Positions 19,685 to 28,906 of a stretch of DNA of 64,000 nucleotides are shown here, one piece after another (position 1 is the stretch's first letter; the number at the start of each line of letters is the position of its first letter). Made by a program: the position numbers and the translations under genes. The notes beneath the pieces were generated by a model, which searched no databases, had not been told where the DNA came from, and saw nothing but the letters and a program-made list of their open reading frames with translations. Source of the DNA: an uncultured delta proteobacterium (GTDB taxonomy: Bacteria > Myxococcota > UBA727 > VGSZ01); assembly GCA_963775425.1 (NCBI GenBank), contig CAVZJB010000012.1, forward strand, positions 96,001 to 160,000, given 5' to 3'.

Positions 19685-21672
19685 GACACCACCTGCAGCC
19701 GCCCGCGGCGCGGCTTGGGGATCCGCTTGAACAACGCGGCGCCGCTGCCCGTGAGCGCGCCGGCGAGGTGCTCGCGCAGCCGCATCAAGTCGGGCGGCAC
19801 GTCGACGCCGACCTCGGCCGCCAGGCGCGCGAGGGCGAGCCAGTCGGCGACGGCGCCGTGCTGCTTGTGACCCGCGGGTGACGCGCCCGGAGGCACGCCG
19901 GCGGCGTCGAAGTGCTGCGCGCGCCCCTCGAGGTTGGTGAACGAGCCCGCCTGCTCGTAGGGGTGCGCGAGCGGCAGCACGACGTCGACGAAGGGATCGA
20001 CGTCGGGCCCGCCCTCGTGCTCGAGGTCGGGCAGCGCATGCGCCAACCACACCGCCCGCGCCTGCCCCGGCGACACGGTGGGCTCACCGACGACGACGAG
20101 CGTGTCGAAGCCGCGCTTGTCGGCGCGGGCACCGAAGATCTCGTGGGCGCCGCGGGCGTTCACGAACGTCGCCGGCGCGCCGACGACGCCGAAGATCTCG
20201 CCCTCGGTGGCGCCGCTCGGCGACGGCACCGGCAGCTCGAGGAGCCCGGCCAGCTTCTCGAGGAGCGGCCGCGCCTCCGGATCGCGCGCGAGCTGCTCCG
20301 AGAACAGGAGCGTGGCGGGGCGCGCCTTGAGGTCGGCGCCAGCGCCCGCGCCTCGTTCGACGTCGTCGACGAGGCGGGCGAGCGCGGCCTTGAGGTCGGC
20401 GGGGGCGGCGCGGATGAAGCGCTGCGCGTCGCGGGCCATGCCGCCGTTTTCCGGCCCGTTGGTCTCGTTGACGACGACGAGCTTGGCGCCGCCGGGCCCC
20501 GCCGCCGTGGGCGCCACGGCGCGGTGGATCCACAGGCCGAGCATCGGGATCTCGGCGGTGACGTCGAGGCCCACCACGACGATGCTCTTGCTGATGGCGA
20601 TGTCGGCGATGCGGCCGGCGAGCGGCCACGGCGATGACGGCGTCACCCACGCGTCGCTGTCGCCGAGGAGCGCGAGCGCGCCCATGGCCTCGTTGGTGAC
20701 GGTGGGGGCGGCGACGAAGCCGGTGCGCCCCTTCTTCATCATCGCGCCCGCGCGCGCGAGCGCGTCGGCCCACGAAGCCGGAGCGAGCTTGCCGTCGTCG
20801 CCGCGCACCAGCGGGCGCGAGAGGCGCTCGCCGCGCTCCTGCGGGACGGTGCCGAAGCGCGTGGCGTCGCTGATCCACGCGTCGTTCACCTCGAGGTTCT
20901 CGCGGGGACGCACGCGCAGCACGCGGCCGTCGCGCGTGTCGACGACGATGTTGGAGCCGACGGGGTCGTCGCAGGCGATGGAGTCGGTGTGCTCGAGGTC
21001 CCACGGGCGCGCGCGGAAGCGGTACTGCCGCGAGGTCAAGGCGCCGACGGGGCAGATGTCGATGGTGTTGCCCTGAAACGGCGAGTCGTAGGTCTCGCCG
21101 GGGAGGACGCCGATCTCGCCGTAGCCGCCGCGGTCGATGACGGCGAGGGCGCGGTCGCCGGGGATCTCCTCGTGGAAGCGCACGCAGCGGTAACAGAGGA
21201 TGCAGCGCTCCTTGTCGAGGACGATCTTGTCGGACAGCTCGAACGCCTTGTCCTTGTGCCGCTTGTCCTCCTCGAACTTCGACTCGCCCGCGCCGTAGCC
21301 GAAGGTGTTGTCCTGCAGCGGGCACTCGCCGCCCTTGTCGCAGACGGGGCAGTCGAGGGGGTGGTTGGCGAGGAGCAGCGCGATGACCGACTGCTGGCCG
21401 CCCTTGGCCATGTCGCTTTGCGTGTGCACGATCATGCCCTGGCCGACGGGCGTGGTGCACGCCGTCTGCAGCCGCGGCATCTTTTCGATCTGCACGAGGC
21501 ACATGCGGCACGCGCCGACGGGCTTGAGCTTCTCGTGGTAGCAGAACACGGGGATGTGGATGCCCGCCTGACGCGCGGCCTCGACGAGGAGCGTGCCCTT
21601 CTTGGCGGTGACCTCTTCGCCGTTGATGGTGAGCGTCACGCTGTCGCTCGGGGGCGCCGTCGTCGTGGTCAT
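19681..21672 (-). CDS. nuoG: NADH-quinone oxidoreductase subunit G
   Basis: FCYH...GACRMCLV, NHPLDCPVCDKGGECPLQD, RCILCYRCVRF and DICPVGAL motifs; ATGA overlap with nuoH. Confidence 0.95.
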   Translation of the reverse strand: MTTTTAPPSDSVTLTINGEEVTAKKGTLLVEAARQAGIHIPVFCYHEKLKPVGACRMCLVQIEKMPRLQTACTTPVGQGMIVHTQSDMAKGGQQSVIALLLANHPLDCPVCDKGGECPLQDNTFGYGAGESKFEEDKRHKDKAFELSDKIVLDKERCILCYRCVRFHEEIPGDRALAVIDRGGYGEIGVLPGETYDSPFQGNTIDICPVGALTSRQYRFRARPWDLEHTDSIACDDPVGSNIVVDTRDGRVLRVRPRENLEVNDAWISDATRFGTVPQERGERLSRPLVRGDDGKLAPASWADALARAGAMMKKGRTGFVAAPTVTNEAMGALALLGDSDAWVTPSSPWPLAGRIADIAISKSIVVVGLDVTAEIPMLGLWIHRAVAPTAAGPGGAKLVVVNETNGPENGGMARDAQRFIRAAPADLKAALARLVDDVERGAGAGADLKARPATLLFSEQLARDPEARPLLEKLAGLLELPVPSPSGATEGEIFGVVGAPATFVNARGAHEIFGARADKRGFDTLVVVGEPTVSPGQARAVWLAHALPDLEHEGGPDVDPFVDVVLPLAHPYEQAGSFTNLEGRAQHFDAAGVPPGASPAGHKQHGAVADWLALARLAAEVGVDVPPDLMRLREHLAGALTGSGAALFKRIPKPRRGRLQVVS

Positions 21673-21716
21673 GGGGGCGGTCTTATGTGGGAGCGCGTCT
21701 CCGTCAAGCCCCGTGC

Positions 21717-23756
21717 TCAGGCGGACAGGACGAGGCCGCGGGATCCGTCGACGCGCACCCGCCGGCCGTCCGCGAGCGCGCGCGTGCCGTCGACGGTGCC
21801 AAGGACGGCCGGCACGCGGTACTCGCGCGCGACCAGCGCGGCGGGGGACAGCGCGCCGCCGGTGTCGACGACGACGGCGGCGGCGCGCAGGAAGAGGGCG
21901 GTCCACGCCGGCGTCACCCGCGGCGCCACCAGCACCTCGCCGGGCAGCAGGCGCGGCCAGTCCTCGGGGCCGCGCAGCACGCGCACGGCGCCCTCGGCGA
22001 CGCCGGCGCTCGCGGCGACGCCGCGGAGCAGCGGCGCAGCGCCACCGCCACCGTCGCCGTCGCCGTCGAGGTCGAGGTCGAGGTCGAGGGCGAGGGCGCG
22101 GCGCGGCGGCGGCGCGCGCCACGGGGGCGCGGCCGCGCGTCCCTGGGCGCGCGCGGCGGCGAGCGCGCGGGTCAAGGACGGCGCGACGCGGCGGGCGAGG
22201 GCGGCGCGCACCTCGTCGGCGGTGAGGTGGAGGACGTCATCGGCGCCGTCGAGGGCGCCGACGGCGACGAGGCGGCGGCCGAGCTCGAGGCGCGCGGCGT
22301 GGATGGCCGGCAGCCCGAGGCCGAGGAGCGCGCGCGTGTCCTCGCGGACGCGCGGCAGGTGGCGCGCGTGGGCGAGCGTGCGGCGATACAGCGTGCGCAG
22401 CGGCGGGGCGATGGCGTCGTCGGCGTCGGCGTCGGCGTACGTGCGCGCGGCCTGCGGCGCCGTCGGCGGCCCCGCGGCGAGGGCCCGCACGGCCGCGAGA
22501 GGGATCTCGGGCGCCGCGCGGAACGACGGCGCCGTCGCGGTGAAGGGGCCGCCGCAGCCGCGGTGGCCGTGCTCGTCGAGGAACGCGCGGAAGGCGGCGA
22601 GGAACGCGCGCCCCGGCTGGCTCTGCGCGAGCGCGCTCACGAGGCGCGCCGGCTCGGTCGCCGAGAACGCGCGCCGTAAGGACGGCTCCGCGCGCACGCG
22701 CGCCGCGAGCTCCTCGAGGCCGCGGTTCATGGCGAGCGTAAGCGTGTCGCCGCCGCCGGCGACGAGCTCGGCGAAGCGCGCGCGCTCTCCGGCGGCGAGG
22801 AGGAGGATCCACAGCAGCGCCGCGTCGCGCAGCGCCGGCGGCAGGTAGCGTCCGCGCAGCGTCGCGACGCGGAGGCCGACGGCGTTGGCGTCGTCGATGA
22901 CGGCGAAGAGCTCCTCCGGCGACGCGCGCGCGAAGTCCTGGCGCTCGAGGCGGTGCGCCCGTGCGCGCACCTCGTGGACGAGGGGGTCGTCGAGGAGCGT
23001 CGCGGGATCCACCGCTCGTGTGCGCCACAAGGACAACAGCGGCCGCCACAGGACACGCACCGTCGGGCGCACCGGCAGCGCGGCCTTCATGCGCGTCACC
23101 ACGCCCTCCTGCTCCTCGAACAGCTCGTCGACGTCGAGCGCGCGGCCACCGAACGGCGCGACGGTCGCCTCGACGAACGCGGAGAACAGGCGCGGGGCGC
23201 CGTCGGCGTCGACCGGAAAGGGGCGCTCGGGGAACAGCTCTTCGCACAGCGCCGCCCGCCAGCGCGCCGCACGTTCGCGCGCGCGGGCGATCGCGCGGAC
23301 GCCGACGCGGCCCGCCGCGGGCGCGCCGCGCGCGCGTCTGCCTGCGCGCCGCGCGGCCCCGACGACGACGACGTCGAGGCCCTCGCCGTCGACGACGCCG
23401 CGCAGCGCCCGGTCGTGCACGGCCTCGTCGCTCCACCACGAGGCCCACGCCCGCCGGAGGCCGTCGACGCCCGCGTCGCCGGCGGCGGCGCGCACGGCGT
23501 CGTCGACGGCGCCGGGGAGCGGCGCGGTGAGGAGGCGCGCGCGGGCCTCGGCGGCGACCGCCGCGAGGCGCGGATCGCCGGCCTCCAGCACGCGCATCTC
23601 GTCGACGAGGGCAGCGATGCCCGCGGCGCGCGCGGCCTCGCGGTACGCGTCCGCGGAGACGCGCACGGCGGCCGGGGCGGCGCGTCGTGCGCGCAGGCCG
23701 ACGGCACGCGCGCGGGCGCCGACGGGTGATGCGAGGGGGGCGACGAGCGCGCGCAT
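21717..23756 (-). CDS. degenerate PEP-utilising / rifamycin-phosphotransferase-like protein
   Basis: C-terminal swivel domain GEVLVAPRVTPAWTALF...GGALSPAALVAREYRVPAV...VRVDG; central FLDEHGHRG; N-terminal ATP-grasp region much reduced. Confidence 0.65.
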   Translation of the reverse strand: MRALVAPLASPVGARARAVGLRARRAAPAAVRVSADAYREAARAAGIAALVDEMRVLEAGDPRLAAVAAEARARLLTAPLPGAVDDAVRAAAGDAGVDGLRRAWASWWSDEAVHDRALRGVVDGEGLDVVVVGAARRAGRRARGAPAAGRVGVRAIARARERAARWRAALCEELFPERPFPVDADGAPRLFSAFVEATVAPFGGRALDVDELFEEQEGVVTRMKAALPVRPTVRVLWRPLLSLWRTRAVDPATLLDDPLVHEVRARAHRLERQDFARASPEELFAVIDDANAVGLRVATLRGRYLPPALRDAALLWILLLAAGERARFAELVAGGGDTLTLAMNRGLEELAARVRAEPSLRRAFSATEPARLVSALAQSQPGRAFLAAFRAFLDEHGHRGCGGPFTATAPSFRAAPEIPLAAVRALAAGPPTAPQAARTYADADADDAIAPPLRTLYRRTLAHARHLPRVREDTRALLGLGLPAIHAARLELGRRLVAVGALDGADDVLHLTADEVRAALARRVAPSLTRALAAARAQGRAAAPPWRAPPPRRALALDLDLDLDGDGDGGGGAAPLLRGVAASAGVAEGAVRVLRGPEDWPRLLPGEVLVAPRVTPAWTALFLRAAAVVVDTGGALSPAALVAREYRVPAVLGTVDGTRALADGRRVRVDGSRGLVLSA

Positions 23757-23829
23757 GTCACAAGCGTGGCAACTCGACGCGCGCGAATCACGGCGCGGGG
23801 CTCCGGCCGTTCGTGGTATTGCGCACCGG

Positions 23830-24414
23830 ATGGGCTACCTCGACACGATCAACCGCGTCATGACGGGGAACTACGACAACGCGTCCGAGGAAGAGCGCAA
23901 AGCTGCGGCCAAGGAAGTCATCACGGTGTGTGCGGCCGCGGCGAGCGCCGTGACCATCCAGCCGTTTCCGGTGGCGGACGTCGTCTTGATGAGCCCCATC
24001 CAGATCGCCATGGTGCAGGCCGTCGGCAAGGTCCACGGGTACAAGCTCGAGAAGAAGGCCATCCTCGAGATCATCTCCACGTTCGGCGCGTCGCTGGTGG
24101 CGCAAAACGTGATCATGGCCGCGGCCAAGCTCGTGCCGGTGCTCGGGTCCATCGTCGCGATGTCGATGGCGTACGCGCTCACCTACGCCATCGGCGAGGT
24201 CAGCGACCACTACTTCAAAAACGGCAGGAGCGTCAGCTCGTCGGAGCTCAAGGACCGCTTCAATTCCGTCTACAAGGCGAAGAAGGCGGAGCGGGAGAAG
24301 GCCGGCAAGTCCCTCAAAGACAAGCTCGAAGCGTTGAAGAAGGCGCGCGAGCAGGGCGTGCTCTCCGAGGAAGAATTCGAAAAGAAGAAAGAAGAAGTCC
24401 TTTCGGGGTTTTGA
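23830..24414 (+). CDS. DUF697/YcjF-like protein with C-terminal SHOCT-like motif
   Basis: QPFPVADVVLMSPIQIAMV...YALTYAIG; tail KLEALKKAREQGVLSEEEFEKKKEEVL. Confidence 0.75.
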   Translation: MGYLDTINRVMTGNYDNASEEERKAAAKEVITVCAAAASAVTIQPFPVADVVLMSPIQIAMVQAVGKVHGYKLEKKAILEIISTFGASLVAQNVIMAAAKLVPVLGSIVAMSMAYALTYAIGEVSDHYFKNGRSVSSSELKDRFNSVYKAKKAEREKAGKSLKDKLEALKKAREQGVLSEEEFEKKKEEVLSGF

Positions 24415-24417
24415 GCC

Positions 24418-26322
24418 ATGGAGCTCGCAGAAGCCGTCAAGAAGCTCGACGACGCCGACAAGGCCGTGCGCGACGACGCCATGGGCGTGGTGCTGAAGGC
24501 CAAGGCCGGCGCCGTCCCTCACCTCGTCGACGCGCTCGGCATACCGGGCGCGCCGGTGAAGAAGATCGCGCTCCTGCTCGCGGCGCTCTCCGCGCGTGAG
24601 GGTCTGCCGCGCTTGTACGAGCTGCTCGACAAGGGCGTGCTCGACGTCGACGCGCGCGCGGTGGTCGCGCGTGCCTTCGGCGAGCTCCTCGACGGCCGCG
24701 ACGCCTTCGACGCCACCGCCAAGCGCGCGCTGCTCGGGCTCTCTCGCGACCCGCACGCCACCACGCGGCAGCTCGCGGTGAAGGCCATGAAGAAGGTCGG
24801 CGACGCCGAGTGCGTCTCGCGTCTGAAGGAGATGGCCGCCGCGGACCGGGACTCGGCCGCGCGCTCGGCGGCCGCCGCCGCGGTGCCGGGGGAGCCGCCG
24901 CTGCCCGAGGAGGGCGGCCTCGCCGTCGACCTCGAGGCGCTCGTGGCGGCGCAGCAGGCCTCGGCGGGGCAGGGGCCGTTTGACGAGGACGCGCCCAGCG
25001 GTCCGTTCGCGCCGCTCGTGCTCAAGCTGCGTGACCCGCGCTGGCCGGTGCGCAACGCCGCCGTCGAGGAGGCGGTGCAGGCGGGCAAGGACGCGGTGCC
25101 GTCGCTCCTCGAGGTGCTCGCCGGGCGTTGGGTGTCCGCGAAGATCGGCGCCGCGCAGGCGCTGGCCCGCATCCAGGCGCCGGACGCGGCGCGCGCGCTC
25201 CTCGACGTCGCCGTCCGGCCGGCGCGGTCCGACGACGAGCGGGAGCTCCGGCCCATCGCGCTCAAGGCGCTGGCCAACTCGCTCACCGGCGGCGAGGAGG
25301 ACATGGCGCAGCCGCTCCTGCCGCTCGTGAAGGACGATGATGCGTTCGTGCGCGCCGGCGCCCTCCTCTGCCTCGGCCGCCTCGCCGATCGCGTCGGCGC
25401 CCGCGCCGCCACCCTCGCGCTCACCGATCCGCACGAGCACGTGAAAGAGGCGGCGGCGGTGGCGCTCTCCGAGGGCGTGCGCGAGGAGGACCAGGACCTG
25501 GTGCTGCCGCTCCTCGCCATCCTCGGCGGGATGCCGTCGCCGACGGTGGCCGTGCGCGAGGCCATCCTGCTGGCGCTCGCGCGCATCCACGTCGACGATC
25601 CCGCCACGCTCCTCCGGCTGCGCCACCGCGTGCGCCCGAGCGTCCTCGGCCTCACCTCGAGCCTGCGGCGCACGGCCATCGCAGTGCTCGAGCGGTGCTA
25701 CGGCGAGGACGATCCGCCGCCCACCGGCGTCGTCGACGACGTCCTCGGCCGCCTCGCCGACGACCACCCCGAGGTGCGCCTGCTCGCCGCGAGCTTCCTC
25801 GCCACGCACCTCGAGCCGGGGATGACCGGCGCGGTGGAGAAGCTCGAGGACGCGCTCGACCGCGCGGAGACGCCGGTGTCGCTCTTGAGCCTCGAGGCGT
25901 TGAGGCGCCACGACACCGGCAAGGCCCGGCGCGCGCTCGAGGCGGCGTGCGAGGACCCCGACGAGGTCGTGGCGTCGCGGGCCAAGGAGCTGCTCGAGGG
26001 GTTCGCGCCGTCGACGCAGGAGTGGACGGCCGCCGTCGTCGCGCCGTCGATCGTCGCGCCGTCGATCGTCGCGCCGTCGACCGTCGCGCCGTCGATCGTC
26101 GAGCCGTCGATCGTCGAGCCGTCGATCGTCGAGCCGTCGAGGCGGGTCCGTCCGCTGCGCGCGGGGGAGGGCAGCGGCGACGTCGTCGAGGCGAAGGACG
26201 CGGCCGTGCCGTCGTCGGGGAGCCTCAAGGAGCGGCTGTTGGCCACCGAGGCGCTGCCCGAGGAAGAGCGCGCGCGCGCGCGCGCGGCGGTGCTGGCGTC
26301 GTTCACCGAAGAAGGCTCTTGA
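24418..26322 (+). CDS. HEAT-repeat protein
   Basis: Repeated L.D.D..VR..AA.AL units (LRDPRWPVRNAAVE, KDDDAFVRAGALL, ADDHPEVRLLAA). Confidence 0.85.
   Translation: MELAEAVKKLDDADKAVRDDAMGVVLKAKAGAVPHLVDALGIPGAPVKKIALLLAALSAREGLPRLYELLDKGVLDVDARAVVARAFGELLDGRDAFDATAKRALLGLSRDPHATTRQLAVKAMKKVGDAECVSRLKEMAAADRDSAARSAAAAAVPGEPPLPEEGGLAVDLEALVAAQQASAGQGPFDEDAPSGPFAPLVLKLRDPRWPVRNAAVEEAVQAGKDAVPSLLEVLAGRWVSAKIGAAQALARIQAPDAARALLDVAVRPARSDDERELRPIALKALANSLTGGEEDMAQPLLPLVKDDDAFVRAGALLCLGRLADRVGARAATLALTDPHEHVKEAAAVALSEGVREEDQDLVLPLLAILGGMPSPTVAVREAILLALARIHVDDPATLLRLRHRVRPSVLGLTSSLRRTAIAVLERCYGEDDPPPTGVVDDVLGRLADDHPEVRLLAASFLATHLEPGMTGAVEKLEDALDRAETPVSLLSLEALRRHDTGKARRALEAACEDPDEVVASRAKELLEGFAPSTQEWTAAVVAPSIVAPSIVAPSTVAPSIVEPSIVEPSIVEPSRRVRPLRAGEGSGDVVEAKDAAVPSSGSLKERLLATEALPEEERARARAAVLASFTEEGS
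26038..26140. repeat. 15-bp tandem repeat x7 in the HEAT gene
   Basis: GTCG(C/A)GCCGTCGA(T/C)C units encoding VAPSI/VEPSI. Confidence 0.88.
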
Positions 26323-26334
26323 AGAGGTCGAGGG

Positions 26335-27387
26335 ATGCCGCTGTTCGACATCACGTCGGGGATCAAGGCCCGCTACAAGACGGGGGCCATGCCGCCGGCG
26401 GCGTACGACATCATGAAGAAGATCGTCGTCACGTTCGCCAAGCGCGGCTACGCCGTCGACTGGCGCGAGCAGAGGCCGCCCGAGCGCGTGGTGGCCAGGC
26501 TCACCGACAAGGACGGCACGGATCTGCTGGCCGAGGTGGACGTCGTCGACGAGGGGACGCTCACCCGCTGCGACGTCCACATCCACGGCCACGTCTTCCT
26601 CGGGGGGCTGCTCGGCCGGTTGGTGTCGGCGAGCACCATCCAGAGCCGCGCGCAGGACAAGATCAAGGAGCTCCTCGACGAGCACTTCGCCGGGCAGCCC
26701 GCGAAGCACGCGCCGGCTCCGGCGGGCTCGGTGCCGGCGCCCGCCGGCGCCGCCGCCGCGCGCGCGCGCCCCGCGGGCGGGCCCCCCGCGGGCGCTCCCA
26801 GCGCGCGCCACGCCGTGACGCCGACGGCCCCGCCCCCCTCGAAGCCGGCGCAGGGTGAGACCTGGCAGGCGCTCTCGGAGGGGGTGCTCGCCGGGAGGCC
26901 GGCGCCGGAGCCGGCGGTGATCATCCGGCGGGCGGCGGCGGCGGCAGGCGCCCTCGGCGACGCCATGCTCATCCAGTTCGTGCAGCTCGCGCTCGTGCAG
27001 GCGCTCGCGTGCAGCCGCGGCAACAAGCTCGACAAGGCCGCGGCCGCGCAACTGCTCGCGCGCATCGCCCCGTCGCCGGCGCAGGTGGAGATGGCGTCGT
27101 CGGCCAAGGGCAAGCTGGGCGGCACCCACGCCGCCTACGCGCTCACCGCTGCCCTCGGCGAGGTCGCGCTCCGCTCGTTCGACGACGACGCCCCCGGGGA
27201 CGAGGCGCTGCGAGACCTCTTCGGCGCCGCCTTCGAGCGCGTCCGCGGCGAGCGCGTCGCCGCGCAGAGAGACGGCAGCTCGTCCGTCGTCGAGCGCTTC
27301 GCGCAGGTGCAGGAGGCGTACGACGCGGACCTCATCAGCGAGGCGGAGATGCTCGTCCTCAAGGAGCGCGTCCTCGCCACCGGCTGA
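26335..27387 (+). CDS. hypothetical protein with C-terminal divergent DUF697/SHOCT-like module
   Basis: C-terminal half aligns by eye with the 23830 protein (AYALTAALGEV vs AYALTYAIGEV; LISEAEMLVLKERVL vs VLSEEEFEKKKEEVL). Confidence 0.7.
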   Translation: MPLFDITSGIKARYKTGAMPPAAYDIMKKIVVTFAKRGYAVDWREQRPPERVVARLTDKDGTDLLAEVDVVDEGTLTRCDVHIHGHVFLGGLLGRLVSASTIQSRAQDKIKELLDEHFAGQPAKHAPAPAGSVPAPAGAAAARARPAGGPPAGAPSARHAVTPTAPPPSKPAQGETWQALSEGVLAGRPAPEPAVIIRRAAAAAGALGDAMLIQFVQLALVQALACSRGNKLDKAAAAQLLARIAPSPAQVEMASSAKGKLGGTHAAYALTAALGEVALRSFDDDAPGDEALRDLFGAAFERVRGERVAAQRDGSSSVVERFAQVQEAYDADLISEAEMLVLKERVLATG

Positions 27388-27488
27388 GGCGGGGGCAAGC
27401 GGCCCCGGCGCCGGCGAGGCCTCGACGACGTCGTCACTGCGCTTGACACACGCGCGTCCTCTCGCGATTCCTCACCGAGGAGGTGGAG

Positions 27489-28862
27489 ATGACGTCGCAC
27501 ACCGTTGAGAAGATCGCACCGGGACCCAAGGGCAGCTTTGTCTTCGGCAGCCTCTCGCAGATGAGGCGCGACGCGCTGCATTTCCTCGCCGGATCCGCGC
27601 GCGACTACGGCGACATCGTGAGGCTCGACCTCGTCGAGACCGTGCACCTCGTCAACCACCCCGACTACATCCAGCACGTCTTGCAGGACAACCACACCAA
27701 CTACGAGAAGGGCTTCCTCTACGGTCGCCTCAAGGTCCTCGTCGGCAACGGGCTGCTCACCAGCAACGGCGATTTCTGGCTGCGCCAGCGCCGCATCGCC
27801 GCGCCCGCGTTCCACAAAGATCGCCTGGCCGCCCTGCACGACGTGATGGTCCGCCGCACGCAGCAGATGCTTGACGAGTGGCAACGGCACATCGACGCGA
27901 ACGAGGTGTTCGACGTCGCCGCCGAGATGATGCGGCTCACGCTCGGCATCGCCGGCGAGACGCTGTTCGGCGTCGACCTGCTCGAACAGGCGGAGGAGGT
28001 CGGGGAAGCCGCCGCCGACGCGCTCGAGATCTTGAACCTCCGCGGGATGTCGTTGCTCGTCCTGCCCATGGCCATCCCGACGTCGCAAAACCGCCGCCTC
28101 GCACGCGCCATCAAGACCCTCGACGACGTCGTGAACGGCGTCATCCGCGAGCGCCGCGCCGCTCCCGCGGGTGGTCCCCCCAAGCACGACTTGCTGCAGA
28201 TGCTGATGGATGCGAGGGACGGCGACACCGGCGAGGGCATGACCGACGAGCAACTGCGCGACGAGGCCATGACGCTCCTGCTCGCGGGGCACGAGACCAC
28301 CGCGCGCGCGCTCGCGTGGACCTGGTACCTCCTGAGCCAGCACCCGTTCGTCGAGCGGGCCTTGCACAAGGAGGTGGCCGACGTCCTCGGCGGGCGCGCG
28401 GTCACCGTCGACGACCTCGCCAAGCTTCCGTTCACCGAGAGCGTGGTGAAGGAGGCCCTCCGCCTCTATCCGCCCGCCTGGATCTTCGAGCGCACGGCCA
28501 AACAGGACGACGTCATCGGCGGCTTTCACATCAAGAAGGGCAGCACGGTGATGATGTCGCCCTGGGTGATGCACCGGCACCCGCGGTACTGGGACAACCC
28601 CGACGCGTTCGACCCCTCGCGCCACACAGCGCCGGACGCCGCCAAGCGGCCGCACTTCGCCTACTTCCCGTTCGCCGCCGGGCCACGCATGTGCATCGGC
28701 TGGCACTTCGCGATGATGGAGCTCGTCACCGTCGTCGCCACCGTCACGCAGCGGGTGCAGCTCACGCTGGCCCCCGGGTTCGAAGCCGTGCCCGAGCCGA
28801 CCATTACGCTGCGGCCCGCCGACGGCATGAAGATGTCGGCCAGGCGCGTCGCGTCCACCTGA
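27489..28862 (+). CDS. cytochrome P450
   Basis: LLAGHETT, EALRLYPP (ExxR) and heme loop FAAGPRMCIG; GAGGAGG RBS upstream. Confidence 0.97.
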   Translation: MTSHTVEKIAPGPKGSFVFGSLSQMRRDALHFLAGSARDYGDIVRLDLVETVHLVNHPDYIQHVLQDNHTNYEKGFLYGRLKVLVGNGLLTSNGDFWLRQRRIAAPAFHKDRLAALHDVMVRRTQQMLDEWQRHIDANEVFDVAAEMMRLTLGIAGETLFGVDLLEQAEEVGEAAADALEILNLRGMSLLVLPMAIPTSQNRRLARAIKTLDDVVNGVIRERRAAPAGGPPKHDLLQMLMDARDGDTGEGMTDEQLRDEAMTLLLAGHETTARALAWTWYLLSQHPFVERALHKEVADVLGGRAVTVDDLAKLPFTESVVKEALRLYPPAWIFERTAKQDDVIGGFHIKKGSTVMMSPWVMHRHPRYWDNPDAFDPSRHTAPDAAKRPHFAYFPFAAGPRMCIGWHFAMMELVTVVATVTQRVQLTLAPGFEAVPEPTITLRPADGMKMSARRVAST

Positions 28863-28906
28863 GGCGCCGGGTTGAAATTGCGCGGTGCGTTGGGCATCCC
28901 GACGCC

